Positions 1 to 9,651 of a stretch of DNA of 20,000 bases are shown here, piece after piece. Below the pieces are notes generated by a model that worked only from the letters and a program-made list of their open reading frames with translations, was not told where the DNA came from and ran no database searches. This stretch comes from an uncultured virus (IMG/VR IMGVR_UViG_3300027708_000052) (taxonomy: Duplodnaviria; Heunggongvirae; Uroviricota; Caudoviricetes). A program made the translations under genes and the position numbers. Each line of letters opens with the position of its first letter. Positions within the stretch are counted from its first letter, which is position 1. Where the stretch lies: IMG/VR virus record IMGVR_UViG_3300027708_000052; one strand, written 5' to 3'.

Positions 1-2569
1 ACCAGTTAGAACTTAAATTTTGAGCTACTGTTTCGTTTGTAGTTACTTGGTGTACAAGATCAAATGTTGTACTATTAGCTCTAGAATAAATTATATTGTC
101 TCCAGGGTTAATAGTCATATAAGATGCTTTGTTATTACTATACCAAGTATTAGTAATAGTATCGTATGTTGCACCAACCCATATACCTTTGTATGTAGGG
201 TTATTATAATTGTATCGAAGAACAAGTTCAGGTAATGTACTATTGCTTCGTGTATCATCAGCGCGGTAATATACGTAACGAATACCTTTTACAAATGTCA
301 TATCATCAGCGGGTTGTAGTCCTATAATAGCATTTTTACCGCCTTTAACCCATTGACCGTTACCCCATCCTTTTTTGGTATTAGTTCTATACCAAGCAAA
401 TGAATTTGTAGAATTATAATAAGGATAAGAGCCACCAAAACCATGATAGGTATCAAGATTAAATTTACTTGGTAATTGGGTATCAATAGCTATAAAATCT
501 CCTTGATAAGGATAATCAGAATAGCTATCACCGGGGCAACCGAACGGGGTAAATAAAACTTGTTTACATGTACAAAGATTGTGATCTTGATACGTTGTAT
601 TGGGAGTTGTAATAAACTTACAATCGGATTGATGTTGTAATGTAGGAAACACATCACTAATTTTTACTGTATAAGATGGACCAAGCCAGGTAAAATATGT
701 AAAGGTACCAGGCTTTAAAATACCTTGTAAACTTGTTTGCTGAATTGTTTGAGCTTTTTCAATATAATTGAAAGCGCTAGAATATGAATATAAAGATACT
801 GATTGTCCGTATAACCAGCAACACTCTATAGCGTTGTCAATTGTATCGTTATATTTTTTAATTTTATAAATTACGTCAGCACTCGATAAAGCGTTACCGG
901 CAATAGCGTATGGTACATTAATATTTTGTACATATGTTGGGGTACAAATATTGGATAAGTTGCTTTGATAGTAATCAGGATAATCTTGTGTCGGGTCTAT
1001 TTGTTCATAAGGCCAAACTATTGTACTATTACCGTTTGGTGCTATAGATATATCGGTTTTATTAAATTTATAAAGCCATGCACCACTTAATGAATTATTA
1101 TAAGTATTATAACTAGCACTATTATATGCTGGTGGATTATCCCAAACTCTAATTTTATCAGCTTGATTATAATCTATACTAGCGTAAGCCTTATTAGCTA
1201 CAAGAGTTGTATCGTTAAGTTTTAATATATTTGTTGAAGTAAGAGTGGTAATATCTGTTGTCCAATAAGCATCTAGTACAAGCTGTTTTATATTATCATC
1301 GAGATAAAAATATCTTGAATCAGCTGATAAACTAAAACCGGACCATTGTATATCTTCAGCAGATACACCATAACCAGGAAACGGGTAACGAAATATAGTC
1401 TTATCTCCAGCTTTAATTAAAGCTTGCATATTAACTAATGAATGATCGTGTATTTTATTATATAACCAGGCTGCCTGTACACCTAAATCTGATACTACAA
1501 ATAGAGTATCAGCTAAATCAACACTGGTACCAGCTGTACCTAATGTATTAAGATTAGTTGCGCTTAGTGCAATAGTTTCGTATCGAGGGCTATTAATACC
1601 TTGTGTTGGATACGCACCGCTAGGCCAATAAAAAGAATTATCTCCTTTTAGAATTTGTATATCGTATAAATCTTTTTGTGTACTAGGAGGAGTAGTTAGA
1701 GTTACAAAATATTTTTCCTGTCCTATATATTTTTCAGCTAACTGATTGCTAAGAGTTAAAATATTATCATATAATGTTTGTTGATATGCACTAGTTGCGG
1801 ATAATATAGTAGATGTATTAGCTATGTCGGCTGATAGAGAATAAACACCTAAATTATAAATCCAATTTGTTGATGTTAATGAAAGACCTTTTGTTGTTAA
1901 AAAAGTTTGTAAATTTGGATTATTTAAATTAAAATAAGCTGATGTGGGTATAGATGCTGTATGATCAAAATAGCTATGAGTGTCATATAATTCTTCTATT
2001 TGTATTGTTAATGTGTCTTTTACAGCGCTTAAAGCTGGAGATGCATTCCAAACTGAAGATGGTAATTCAATTATTTGATTTGGTTTTTGTGTATACTTGT
2101 TAAGTATATAATTTTGAATTTGACTTATAGTACCGACTTCCGTACCTACTTGATTATAAAGAAATCTTGTTTCTTTTATTGCTTTTCTAAGACGTAAATA
2201 ATACAAAGATATTTCTTTAAGTTTTTTAGCAAAATAAGGTATAGCGAGTAGTAATTCTTTTTCATTAGTTACATCGACGTTATTGTACCAATTTTCAGCT
2301 TCTTCTTGTGAAAAGAAAAGCTGTAATTGTTTTAATAATAAAAGATAATTAACCTGTATATGAGTTTTTGTACTTGTTTGAGATGTACTATTTTTATTAA
2401 ACCAGTTTAAAAGATACGTGTTGTATTGTTCAAATTCACTACCTGGTATAATGCCTTGATGAGCATTAATCCATTGTTTAAATGAAAGTGGTATATTTTT
2501 ATCATTTAACGGTGTATATGATAAAGGCTGAGAATACTTACTTAAAAATTGTTGTACACCGGTGCTCAC
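1..2569 (-). CDS. Large putative virion/baseplate-associated protein, 3'-truncated by the window edge (>856 aa)
   Basis: Absent from the ORF track. Manual translation from GTG at 2569 (MSTGVQQFLSKYSQPLSYTPLNDKNIPLSFKQW...) stays open to position 2 (...VAQNLSSNW). It starts 6 nt after the upstream stop and is preceded by TAAATAAT. The N-terminal helical segment RLRKAIKETRFLYNQVGTEVG weakly resembles the gp7/P2 gpI wedge motif. The CDS is certain; the function is inferred. Confidence 0.85.
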   Translation of the reverse strand, partial: MSTGVQQFLSKYSQPLSYTPLNDKNIPLSFKQWINAHQGIIPGSEFEQYNTYLLNWFNKNSTSQTSTKTHIQVNYLLLLKQLQLFFSQEEAENWYNNVDVTNEKELLLAIPYFAKKLKEISLYYLRLRKAIKETRFLYNQVGTEVGTISQIQNYILNKYTQKPNQIIELPSSVWNASPALSAVKDTLTIQIEELYDTHSYFDHTASIPTSAYFNLNNPNLQTFLTTKGLSLTSTNWIYNLGVYSLSADIANTSTILSATSAYQQTLYDNILTLSNQLAEKYIGQEKYFVTLTTPPSTQKDLYDIQILKGDNSFYWPSGAYPTQGINSPRYETIALSATNLNTLGTAGTSVDLADTLFVVSDLGVQAAWLYNKIHDHSLVNMQALIKAGDKTIFRYPFPGYGVSAEDIQWSGFSLSADSRYFYLDDNIKQLVLDAYWTTDITTLTSTNILKLNDTTLVANKAYASIDYNQADKIRVWDNPPAYNSASYNTYNNSLSGAWLYKFNKTDISIAPNGNSTIVWPYEQIDPTQDYPDYYQSNLSNICTPTYVQNINVPYAIAGNALSSADVIYKIKKYNDTIDNAIECCWLYGQSVSLYSYSSAFNYIEKAQTIQQTSLQGILKPGTFTYFTWLGPSYTVKISDVFPTLQHQSDCKFITTPNTTYQDHNLCTCKQVLFTPFGCPGDSYSDYPYQGDFIAIDTQLPSKFNLDTYHGFGGSYPYYNSTNSFAWYRTNTKKGWGNGQWVKGGKNAIIGLQPADDMTFVKGIRYVYYRADDTRSNSTLPELVLRYNYNNPTYKGIWVGATYDTITNTWYSNNKASYMTINPGDNIIYSRANSTTFDLVHQVTTNETVAQNLSSNW

Positions 2570-2574
2570 TATAA

Positions 2575-2582
2575 ATTATTTA
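2575..2582 (-). promoter_or_regulatory. Putative late promoter TAAATAAT
   Basis: CTTAAATAATTTATAGTG: the motif ends 5 nt before the GTG start. Same motif before other structural genes; resembles the T4 late promoter TATAAATA. Confidence 0.5.
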
Positions 2583-5500
2583 AGAAAGAGATTCTTAGTT
2601 AACAAGTATCTAAAGGTATTTTCAACAATTCCATTGTCTCCGTACCAATCTTCAAATGTTGACATTGTCGGGGATAGAGTAGTTTGATCTGAATTCCAAT
2701 CTATTATGCTATCGAAAAAATTATTATTATATGAACCTAAATTATAAAAATTATAATTTTGTGTAATTGGCTGTATAAGTCCATAACCAATAAACGACGA
2801 TAGAGGGTAAACAGTTGTTAAATTTTGTTTTGGTACTTTTATAATTTGTATTGATTTATCAAATGCATTTTGAGCTATAATAGTGCTATCCGCTGTAACA
2901 TAATCTGTAGTTGTATTATATTTGTTACCAGTGTTTTGTAAAATTTGAGATGTAATTTCATTTACACCGATAAGCTTTGCTTTTGATATTGATAATGTAT
3001 TAACCATATCTCTTATTTCAAATGGGTAATCTGTTACATATTCATTTGCAATTACATCTGTTGCTGCTGCTAGTGATAATAATTGAGATATATTACATGT
3101 ATCAATATCAGAATGATTTTGCACGAAGTTAGCTATTTTTTCATAAACGGTTTTACCGAGATCTTGACTATTAGTTACTGTACCGTTGCCTACTACTGCG
3201 GGTAAAAATTGCTCAAATAAAGCTTTATTAGAATGTAAATTTTCAGGTAATGCTAAAGAGTGATAATGTTCAGCGGTATTAAAAGAATTATTTAAAATTG
3301 TTATTTGATTTTCGTTAATAAAGTCTTTAACTTTAAACGGTACAGATGTACCTGATATAGAAATTGATGAAAGAGAGGATAAAGAAGTATATTTTTGATA
3401 CCATTTATTACCGGTCCAATCTCCGGCTGCTTGTGCAGATTGATAGTTAAAATTACCGGATTCTGTGTATGTGAATGCATTATTATTTAAATAGTAGCCG
3501 ATAGTGTTGTTAGGTTGTATTTTTATTATTCTTTGTTCGTTAGAAATAGCTGCAGGGATGGCGGATAGATATACCCATGCAGTATTTTTATAAGAATCAA
3601 TTACCCATAGTCTATCATAAACATCTACAGCTATACCGCTAAACTCTTCATCGTCACTGTAGTTATTAAGAATAGGTATGTTAGATCCCGGTACCATATT
3701 AACTAATTCATCAGGGTCTATTATTTCATTAATATTTCCTGGTAAACCAGGGCTTTGTTTTAATGTAAGATGGTCGTCACCTACTCTACTAGCTGACCAC
3801 AAATATAATTCTTGTCTTACTATATCGTAATACCCTAAACCTCTGATACTATGTGTAAACCAAATATTACCTTTTCTTGTTAAAGTAATATCACTAGGTC
3901 TTGTTATATTGGGTATAACAGTTTTTACTCGTAAAGTTTTGCTATCGTAAAGCCTAATGTCCCCGTCTGCTGATAAAACATTATAACTGTTTGCTACCCA
4001 GATATTATTATCCTGATCAATAGCTAAACTTACAGGTACGCTATATTGAAAATTTTGATCAATAGATAAATTTGTTGGAAGTGGGTCGTTTAAATTAATT
4101 AAGTTAATTGGTGTACCGCTTAAATTATATTGTATAAGTAAACTACAAAGTGGGTGAGAATACGTAACCCAACAATTGTTATTTTTATCGGTTTCTAAAA
4201 CAGGGGGTTTAAGTAAATAATCACTATCAAATTCAGCTAACGGAGATATATTAGTTAATTCGTAAGGGCTAGTAGCAAAAAGTAAATTAAAATTTGAATC
4301 AAATTTTAATACATAGGCACTGTTAAATAAAGATACCCATATATTAGAATTTTTATCTAAAGAAACGGAAACCGGTGTACCTGCTGGCGAGTAGTCTAAA
4401 CTTTTTGAGTTAGCTAACGTAATAAAAATATCAGTATTGGCAGGTAATATTGAATCAAATAACAAACTTTGATTAACTGTGTCAAGCTCATAAGTTAAAG
4501 AATCTTGATATACACCTCCAATATTAATCAAAAAATTTGTATTTACATTAGTAATTGGTATATTGTTAGATAGAAATATAGTGTTTGAAGGTGTTGATAA
4601 ATTATAAGTCTGAGTTGTTGGGTTAGTTAGGGAAGGTAAATACCATATCTGTACCGGTACATTAGCCGGTATATTTGTATCAACAAAAACAATACTATTA
4701 CTAAAAGTATCAATAGTATATGAAGACGGTGATTGCATAATACCGTCTATTGTTACTATATAATAATTACTGTCGCTATTTAAACTTGCCGAATTACCTA
4801 AATTATAAACTATAGTAGATGAATCTGTAACTGTAAAATTCCAATAACATATAGATGAAATATAAGAATCAGGTAGTTGAGGAGAAAATATTTGTGTAAT
4901 AGATAAAGTAACTGAGCCAGGAGGAAGAGAATCATAAGATGTAAATCTTAATGTGTTATCAGATACAACATATAAACTTGTAGGTTGTACTACTCCGTCT
5001 ATAGCAACAATAAAATTATTAGGGTTAGTAGAAACATATTGTTTTACTCCATCAATATAGCTATCTAATTTAAATACTGAGTCATAAAAATTTAAATCTA
5101 GTATATTAAATTGCCATGTTTTAAAAGTAAGCTCATTAACATTATAACTACCGTAATCATCAAAACTGTATTTATTAATAAGGTTACCGGTATTATCAAA
5201 TCTATATAAACAATTAAGTTCGGTATCAGCAGCTACAACACTGTAGTCTATAGGGTCAATAGCCATACTATATATACCTGAAAACCCTGTTAAGTTGTAG
5301 TTAAATGTACTAGTTCCTGTTAAAGATGGTACTTGAACTTCTTTTATATATCCTTCTATTAATAAGCCTTTATTTTTAAAATATTCAATTGTTTTATTGT
5401 CATTATTGTATGGTGTTAAAGTAATTTTATTGAGGGTATTTTGTTCAGGATTAGAGACCCAAATAGATGTATTAGGAGAATAACCATGAGGGTAAGGAAA

Positions 5501-6634
5501 CACGTCTGTTGTTTTTACATCTCCAGAGTATACGAGCGCGTTAACATTAATAGCGGTTTCATCTATAGATGATAATACTGTAACCCCTGTAAATATATAA
5601 CCACCTATATCATTATAATTTTGATCTAAAGATTGAAAATATAAAGACGTATCTTCTATAGTGTAGAGGGATGAATCTATACCTGATAATGTAATCTGTA
5701 TCGGGTCTTTATTACCTACGGTATTAGAAGTAGGATAGGAAAAAAGAACATTACTAGTATAAGATTTTGATCCTGGTACTACTAAGGATCTATCTGAATG
5801 ACATGTAACTAAAAAAGGAATTTTTATTCCGTTATATTGATATGAATCAATATCGTGTAAATAATTAGCTGTAACTTTAAGATAACTAGGTAGTGGGTCA
5901 TTAATCAGCCATATTAAACCGGTACGTACAGTTTCATTATTAGCGTATGATGGATATGAATATATATTTGAATCGTTGGGATTTGTAAAACCAGATGTTT
6001 GTAAGGTTGCTGTTATAAGAACCGGTGTGTTATTAATAGGGTTACCTGCACTTTTAGAATCTATATAATAAAATTGTACTGAACCTGATACTGCTACTAC
6101 TGTATTATTTACATATAGCGGTACAGGTGTTGCTGTAACGGATGTTACTATATTTGAATTAGTGTCAGTAAAATACCAAGTAGGTGTTAAAAATCCCCAT
6201 TTGTTAGGTACAAATTGATAAGGAGTAGAAACGGAATTAGCTGCGTAAAGATCAATTACAGGTATATTGTTTATATCTGTACTAATAAAAGATACTTCAA
6301 ACGGTGTTAGAGTTGGTGCTCCAGGGCTTGCATACTGTTCAGGTATTTTAGTAAAAGTAACATAATCTCTATACGCTAAATCAATATATACACTTTGTTT
6401 AAAAGTGCTGCTATTACCATCATAGTCAGTAGCTGTTAACCCGACAGTATATGTACCTGGGTACGGGTATGTAAATACAGGGCTTGTTGTATTGTAAATA
6501 AGCTCATTACTAAAACCAGTATTCCATATATATTTCCATATAGAGTTACTAGCTGTAGTTAAATTTGTTACGGTAAATTGAGTAGCGTTAACAAATCCTG
6601 CTGAGGGTGTTATTGTAAAGTTAGCCTGTAACAT
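2576..6634 (-). CDS. Multidomain baseplate wedge/adhesin protein: N-terminal PKD domain, NHL-like beta-propeller with three inserted beta-repeat modules, C-terminal gp7/gpI-like wedge segment
   Basis: PKD signature (ANFTITPSAG...YIWNTG...PVFTYPYPGTYTVGLTATDYDG). About 7 propeller blades (e.g. PVSLAIDQDNNIWVANS). Three IxGxxQ...Y...LxF...P repeats. C-terminal DIDTCNISQLLSLA. Located directly after gp25-gp6. Confidence 0.7.
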   Translation of the reverse strand: MLQANFTITPSAGFVNATQFTVTNLTTASNSIWKYIWNTGFSNELIYNTTSPVFTYPYPGTYTVGLTATDYDGNSSTFKQSVYIDLAYRDYVTFTKIPEQYASPGAPTLTPFEVSFISTDINNIPVIDLYAANSVSTPYQFVPNKWGFLTPTWYFTDTNSNIVTSVTATPVPLYVNNTVVAVSGSVQFYYIDSKSAGNPINNTPVLITATLQTSGFTNPNDSNIYSYPSYANNETVRTGLIWLINDPLPSYLKVTANYLHDIDSYQYNGIKIPFLVTCHSDRSLVVPGSKSYTSNVLFSYPTSNTVGNKDPIQITLSGIDSSLYTIEDTSLYFQSLDQNYNDIGGYIFTGVTVLSSIDETAINVNALVYSGDVKTTDVFPYPHGYSPNTSIWVSNPEQNTLNKITLTPYNNDNKTIEYFKNKGLLIEGYIKEVQVPSLTGTSTFNYNLTGFSGIYSMAIDPIDYSVVAADTELNCLYRFDNTGNLINKYSFDDYGSYNVNELTFKTWQFNILDLNFYDSVFKLDSYIDGVKQYVSTNPNNFIVAIDGVVQPTSLYVVSDNTLRFTSYDSLPPGSVTLSITQIFSPQLPDSYISSICYWNFTVTDSSTIVYNLGNSASLNSDSNYYIVTIDGIMQSPSSYTIDTFSNSIVFVDTNIPANVPVQIWYLPSLTNPTTQTYNLSTPSNTIFLSNNIPITNVNTNFLINIGGVYQDSLTYELDTVNQSLLFDSILPANTDIFITLANSKSLDYSPAGTPVSVSLDKNSNIWVSLFNSAYVLKFDSNFNLLFATSPYELTNISPLAEFDSDYLLKPPVLETDKNNNCWVTYSHPLCSLLIQYNLSGTPINLINLNDPLPTNLSIDQNFQYSVPVSLAIDQDNNIWVANSYNVLSADGDIRLYDSKTLRVKTVIPNITRPSDITLTRKGNIWFTHSIRGLGYYDIVRQELYLWSASRVGDDHLTLKQSPGLPGNINEIIDPDELVNMVPGSNIPILNNYSDDEEFSGIAVDVYDRLWVIDSYKNTAWVYLSAIPAAISNEQRIIKIQPNNTIGYYLNNNAFTYTESGNFNYQSAQAAGDWTGNKWYQKYTSLSSLSSISISGTSVPFKVKDFINENQITILNNSFNTAEHYHSLALPENLHSNKALFEQFLPAVVGNGTVTNSQDLGKTVYEKIANFVQNHSDIDTCNISQLLSLAAATDVIANEYVTDYPFEIRDMVNTLSISKAKLIGVNEITSQILQNTGNKYNTTTDYVTADSTIIAQNAFDKSIQIIKVPKQNLTTVYPLSSFIGYGLIQPITQNYNFYNLGSYNNNFFDSIIDWNSDQTTLSPTMSTFEDWYGDNGIVENTFRYLLTKNLFLK

Positions 6635-6640
6635 TTTTTA

Positions 6641-8473
6641 TTATAGTACTGTTTGCTTAAGATTAGTAGGAGACGCAATTACTATCTTATTTACAAGAGT
6701 GTCAATATTATTAAAATAAGTATATTCAAAATTTTGCATTACTAAATTATTTGTAATAAATTTATTATCTGCAACAGGGTAAATAGGGTTATAAACTACT
6801 AGAGACAAACCTTCTGTAAGAATAGTACTATCGTCTTTTCTTGTAGTGTAAAATGTTTGTACACCATCTACATCGAGAATTTGTTGAGTGAGTTGACGAG
6901 TACCAATTGTTCGTCCTAAACTGTTATTATTTACACTAAAGTAATTTGTAAATATCTTTACGATATCATTAATAATAGATTGATTGTTTCTTAAAGAAGA
7001 AGGTACTTTATGAACGTCTAGGTAACATAAACTCTCATCTGTAGTTGGAGATAATGTAGAAGCTGATGATGAAATACCTATACCTACAGCTTTAAAAACA
7101 GGGTCAATAAAAACAGTTTCGGTTGTAGTTACATTATTTGTTGATATACCTGCTTTTATTAACTGTTTTTGCGCTGGTAGAAGGTAAGTTGGTTTTGTAT
7201 TTGAGCTTTGTGGTACAACAAGTAAGTAAATATTATTAAAATTACAAGCATCGGAATAGTATACCTGGTTAAATAAAGCGCGTTCAGTTAAGTTGGGGTT
7301 AGTAATACCAATGTTATAATAATACTGTAAGTAACCAGCTATGTAATCATTATTATTGAGACACTTTACATCAGAAATTAAATTAGAGTAATTTGTATTT
7401 ACAAATGTTTCATAATCATTTGTGGTTACAAGTCTAAATTGACTACGGTAATTAGCTGGAGCTGTTTTACGTATATCGTCAGGAGATTCAGGTTGATTAA
7501 AAGGGGTTGAATTACTTGTGTTAGTAAAGCTTAAATTATTTAAAGTAATATTAGTAAGATAATTATATTTGTTTATAAATATATCATTTTTAATTTGATT
7601 AAATTGAATAGTATTAAAAGTAGCTAATACAGACTTATCAATTGTATTAGGTCCAATTTCTCCTGCTTTACCGGATGAAGCTATATAATATATACCTACT
7701 AAATCTCCGGTTTTTAACTTAATACCATTTATATCATCACCGAACATTATTTCGTAATTATAATTTTGATTTAAACGTATTTGATATTTTTTAGCTGAAC
7801 CTTTTTCAAGAAACAAATTAGGGGTATTTGTAAATTGTTCCCAAATACCTGTTGCAGCAGGTTTAACAAAAACATCGAAATTAAAATGATCAGGTACATT
7901 ATTACCTGGATTAACAATTATTAATTCGTTAGAATCTCCGGCAGCAGAGTAAGTGGGATGTTCTATATATCTTCCTTGATATAGTAAATTATTTTGAGAT
8001 AGTATTGTTAATGGTTCAATTATACCATCAGCGGTTTTAGCAAAAGTTATATCTTTATTAAAAGAATAAACAATATTATTTGTTGTAAGATACGTGTAAC
8101 GTGGTATTGTATGAAGACCTATAGGTAAATTTGAAGCTGAACAGTTAAAGGTTAAAGTTGAAGTTTGAAACCCTACCGGGGAATAATCAATAAGTTTTAC
8201 AATTCTATTAATATTTTCGTAAAGCTGTGCTTCAGTAAACATAGCTTCGTTAGATGTTTTGTTGAGATAGTAAATTAGAGTATTATAAGAATATGAAACA
8301 ATATCAATAATAGAAGCTAAATTTGAACCAATATAATTTTGATCTGTAAAGACATTCTGTTCGTTTAAACGATCAATGATAAGCTGTCTTAAAGACATAG
8401 CATCAAAAGCTACATACCCACCGGGTGGTATATCAAATTTGTTTTGTGGAGGTGTAACTGTGGTGTTTGCCAT
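6641..8473 (-). CDS. gp6: Baseplate wedge subunit, T4 gp6-like (baseplate J family)
   Basis: FDAMSLRQLI...FTDQNYIGSNLASIIDIVSY...NEAMFTEAQLYENI; YEIMFGDDINGIK; ESPDDIRKTAP...QFRLVTTNDY. These are characteristic gp6 blocks, and the gene follows gp25. Confidence 0.92.
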   Translation of the reverse strand: MANTTVTPPQNKFDIPPGGYVAFDAMSLRQLIIDRLNEQNVFTDQNYIGSNLASIIDIVSYSYNTLIYYLNKTSNEAMFTEAQLYENINRIVKLIDYSPVGFQTSTLTFNCSASNLPIGLHTIPRYTYLTTNNIVYSFNKDITFAKTADGIIEPLTILSQNNLLYQGRYIEHPTYSAAGDSNELIIVNPGNNVPDHFNFDVFVKPAATGIWEQFTNTPNLFLEKGSAKKYQIRLNQNYNYEIMFGDDINGIKLKTGDLVGIYYIASSGKAGEIGPNTIDKSVLATFNTIQFNQIKNDIFINKYNYLTNITLNNLSFTNTSNSTPFNQPESPDDIRKTAPANYRSQFRLVTTNDYETFVNTNYSNLISDVKCLNNNDYIAGYLQYYYNIGITNPNLTERALFNQVYYSDACNFNNIYLLVVPQSSNTKPTYLLPAQKQLIKAGISTNNVTTTETVFIDPVFKAVGIGISSSASTLSPTTDESLCYLDVHKVPSSLRNNQSIINDIVKIFTNYFSVNNNSLGRTIGTRQLTQQILDVDGVQTFYTTRKDDSTILTEGLSLVVYNPIYPVADNKFITNNLVMQNFEYTYFNNIDTLVNKIVIASPTNLKQTVL

Positions 8474-8481
8474 ATAAATTG

Positions 8482-8976
8482 TTATTCAATATTAGTAATA
8501 TTTATAAATTTTTGACTTCGAATATTAAAACTATAATTAATACTTGTACTTACGTTAATAAGAGGTATATTAACATTTATAGTAATAATATACTGATTGT
8601 TATCAGGATCTGCAATAATGTCAACGTTTGTAGGTGTAACTCTTGATTCGTACTTTTTTATACTATTAAAAATATTCATACCGATTAACTGAGCATTATA
8701 CTCTGTTATTGGTTCAAATAAATATTGATAGAAACTTAAGCCATATTCAGGAAATAAAAATCGTTGCCCAGGAAACGTATTAAACAAATTAGTAAGAGAA
8801 TTAGTTATAGCATATTCGTCATAACTTACTTTAATATCTGAGCCGGGTATTGGGTAATTAATACCAGGAGCTATAATATTAGTTTTATTAATATCTAAAG
8901 ATAAATCTTTATAACTATAACCTAAATTACCGTATGTACTAGCAATATCTTGTAGTTGTGTAATTTTAATAGCCAT
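8482..8976 (-). CDS. gp25: Baseplate wedge subunit / sheath initiator, gp25 family
   Basis: YKDLSLD...DEYAITNSLTNLFNTFPGQRFLFPEYG...YLFEP...IKKYESRV matches the GPW/gp25 pattern. Size and position before gp6 fit. Confidence 0.92.
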   Translation of the reverse strand: MAIKITQLQDIASTYGNLGYSYKDLSLDINKTNIIAPGINYPIPGSDIKVSYDEYAITNSLTNLFNTFPGQRFLFPEYGLSFYQYLFEPITEYNAQLIGMNIFNSIKKYESRVTPTNVDIIADPDNNQYIITINVNIPLINVSTSINYSFNIRSQKFINITNIE

Positions 8977-8982
8977 TTATAC

Positions 8983-9014
8983 TATTATTTAGGGTAAGAA
9001 ACGCTTAAATAATA
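8983..9014. promoter_or_regulatory. Back-to-back divergent late-type promoters (TAAATAATA on each strand)
   Basis: tattattta (8983-8991) and taaataata (9006-9014) in the 46-nt gap between gp25 and the 185-aa gene. Confidence 0.65.
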
Positions 9015-9022
9015 TCACAAAT

Positions 9023-9580
9023 ATGGAAACAAAGTTTAATATAGTACTTGAAAATTTAATGGAAAGATACCAGCAGGGCGGTTTTATGATCGGAGATCGT
9101 ATAACATTTCACAAGAATGCTTTAAAGCATGACTTCTTTAGAAGTAAAGCGCGTAATTTCGTTGAAATGGTTGAAGCTTGTATGCATCCTAGTTTTGATC
9201 TTAATCTTAGAGTATCAGCTATAAAGAGTATATATCCTACTACTACTCAAAATTATAGAGGTGGTACAGAATCTCCTGATAATATTTACGTAGATATTAT
9301 TGTTGAATACGCCCCTGGTCTTTATCGTAACCCTATGACAGTACCTATTGATATACTTGTTCTTCAAGATGATGGTATTAATCGTGGACCAGTACCTGAC
9401 AGTTTAAAATACGATAATAATGTTTCTGCTGAGCCTAAAACAGTTAAAGCTAAAGAAACTCAAAAAAACTTTAATGCTGATGTAAACTTAACAGATAAAA
9501 ATGTTAAAATATCAAATGGTAGAGAATGGAGTGAGAAGAACGATCACTGGAAAGATCTTCCAAAGAATAAACGCGTTTAA
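9023..9580 (+). CDS. Hypothetical protein (185 aa), possibly a late/virion protein
   Basis: Clean ORF filling the gap, preceded by the late-type TAAATAAT motif. No recognisable family. Confidence 0.8.
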   Translation: METKFNIVLENLMERYQQGGFMIGDRITFHKNALKHDFFRSKARNFVEMVEACMHPSFDLNLRVSAIKSIYPTTTQNYRGGTESPDNIYVDIIVEYAPGLYRNPMTVPIDILVLQDDGINRGPVPDSLKYDNNVSAEPKTVKAKETQKNFNADVNLTDKNVKISNGREWSEKNDHWKDLPKNKRV

Positions 9581-9582
9581 AG

Positions 9583-9610
9583 TAGAAACGCATTAAAAAT
9601 TCTATATACT
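9583..9610 (+). promoter_or_regulatory. Putative sigma70-like promoter for nrdB
   Basis: TAGAAA-N16-TATACT in the intergenic gap. Confidence 0.45.
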
Positions 9611-9651
9611 AAAAATAATACACTCGACCTATGTACCGCAAACAATAATTT

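Noticed and set aside
20..235. 71-aa plus-strand ORF
   Set aside because: Antisense to the long minus-strand CDS, with no supporting signals.
1..2575. Stop-codon reassignment or non-coding island suggested by the empty ORF track
   Set aside because: Manual translation shows one uninterrupted standard-code frame that merely lacks a stop inside the window. TAG (nrdA, nrdB) and TGA (hub) act as normal stops at the expected protein ends.
8482..8976. Lysozyme activity for gp25
   Set aside because: Legacy family label. gp25 is a structural sheath-initiation subunit.
9631..9648. Micro-uORF MYRKQ* just before nrdB
   Set aside because: Five codons are expected by chance, and there is no supporting evidence.
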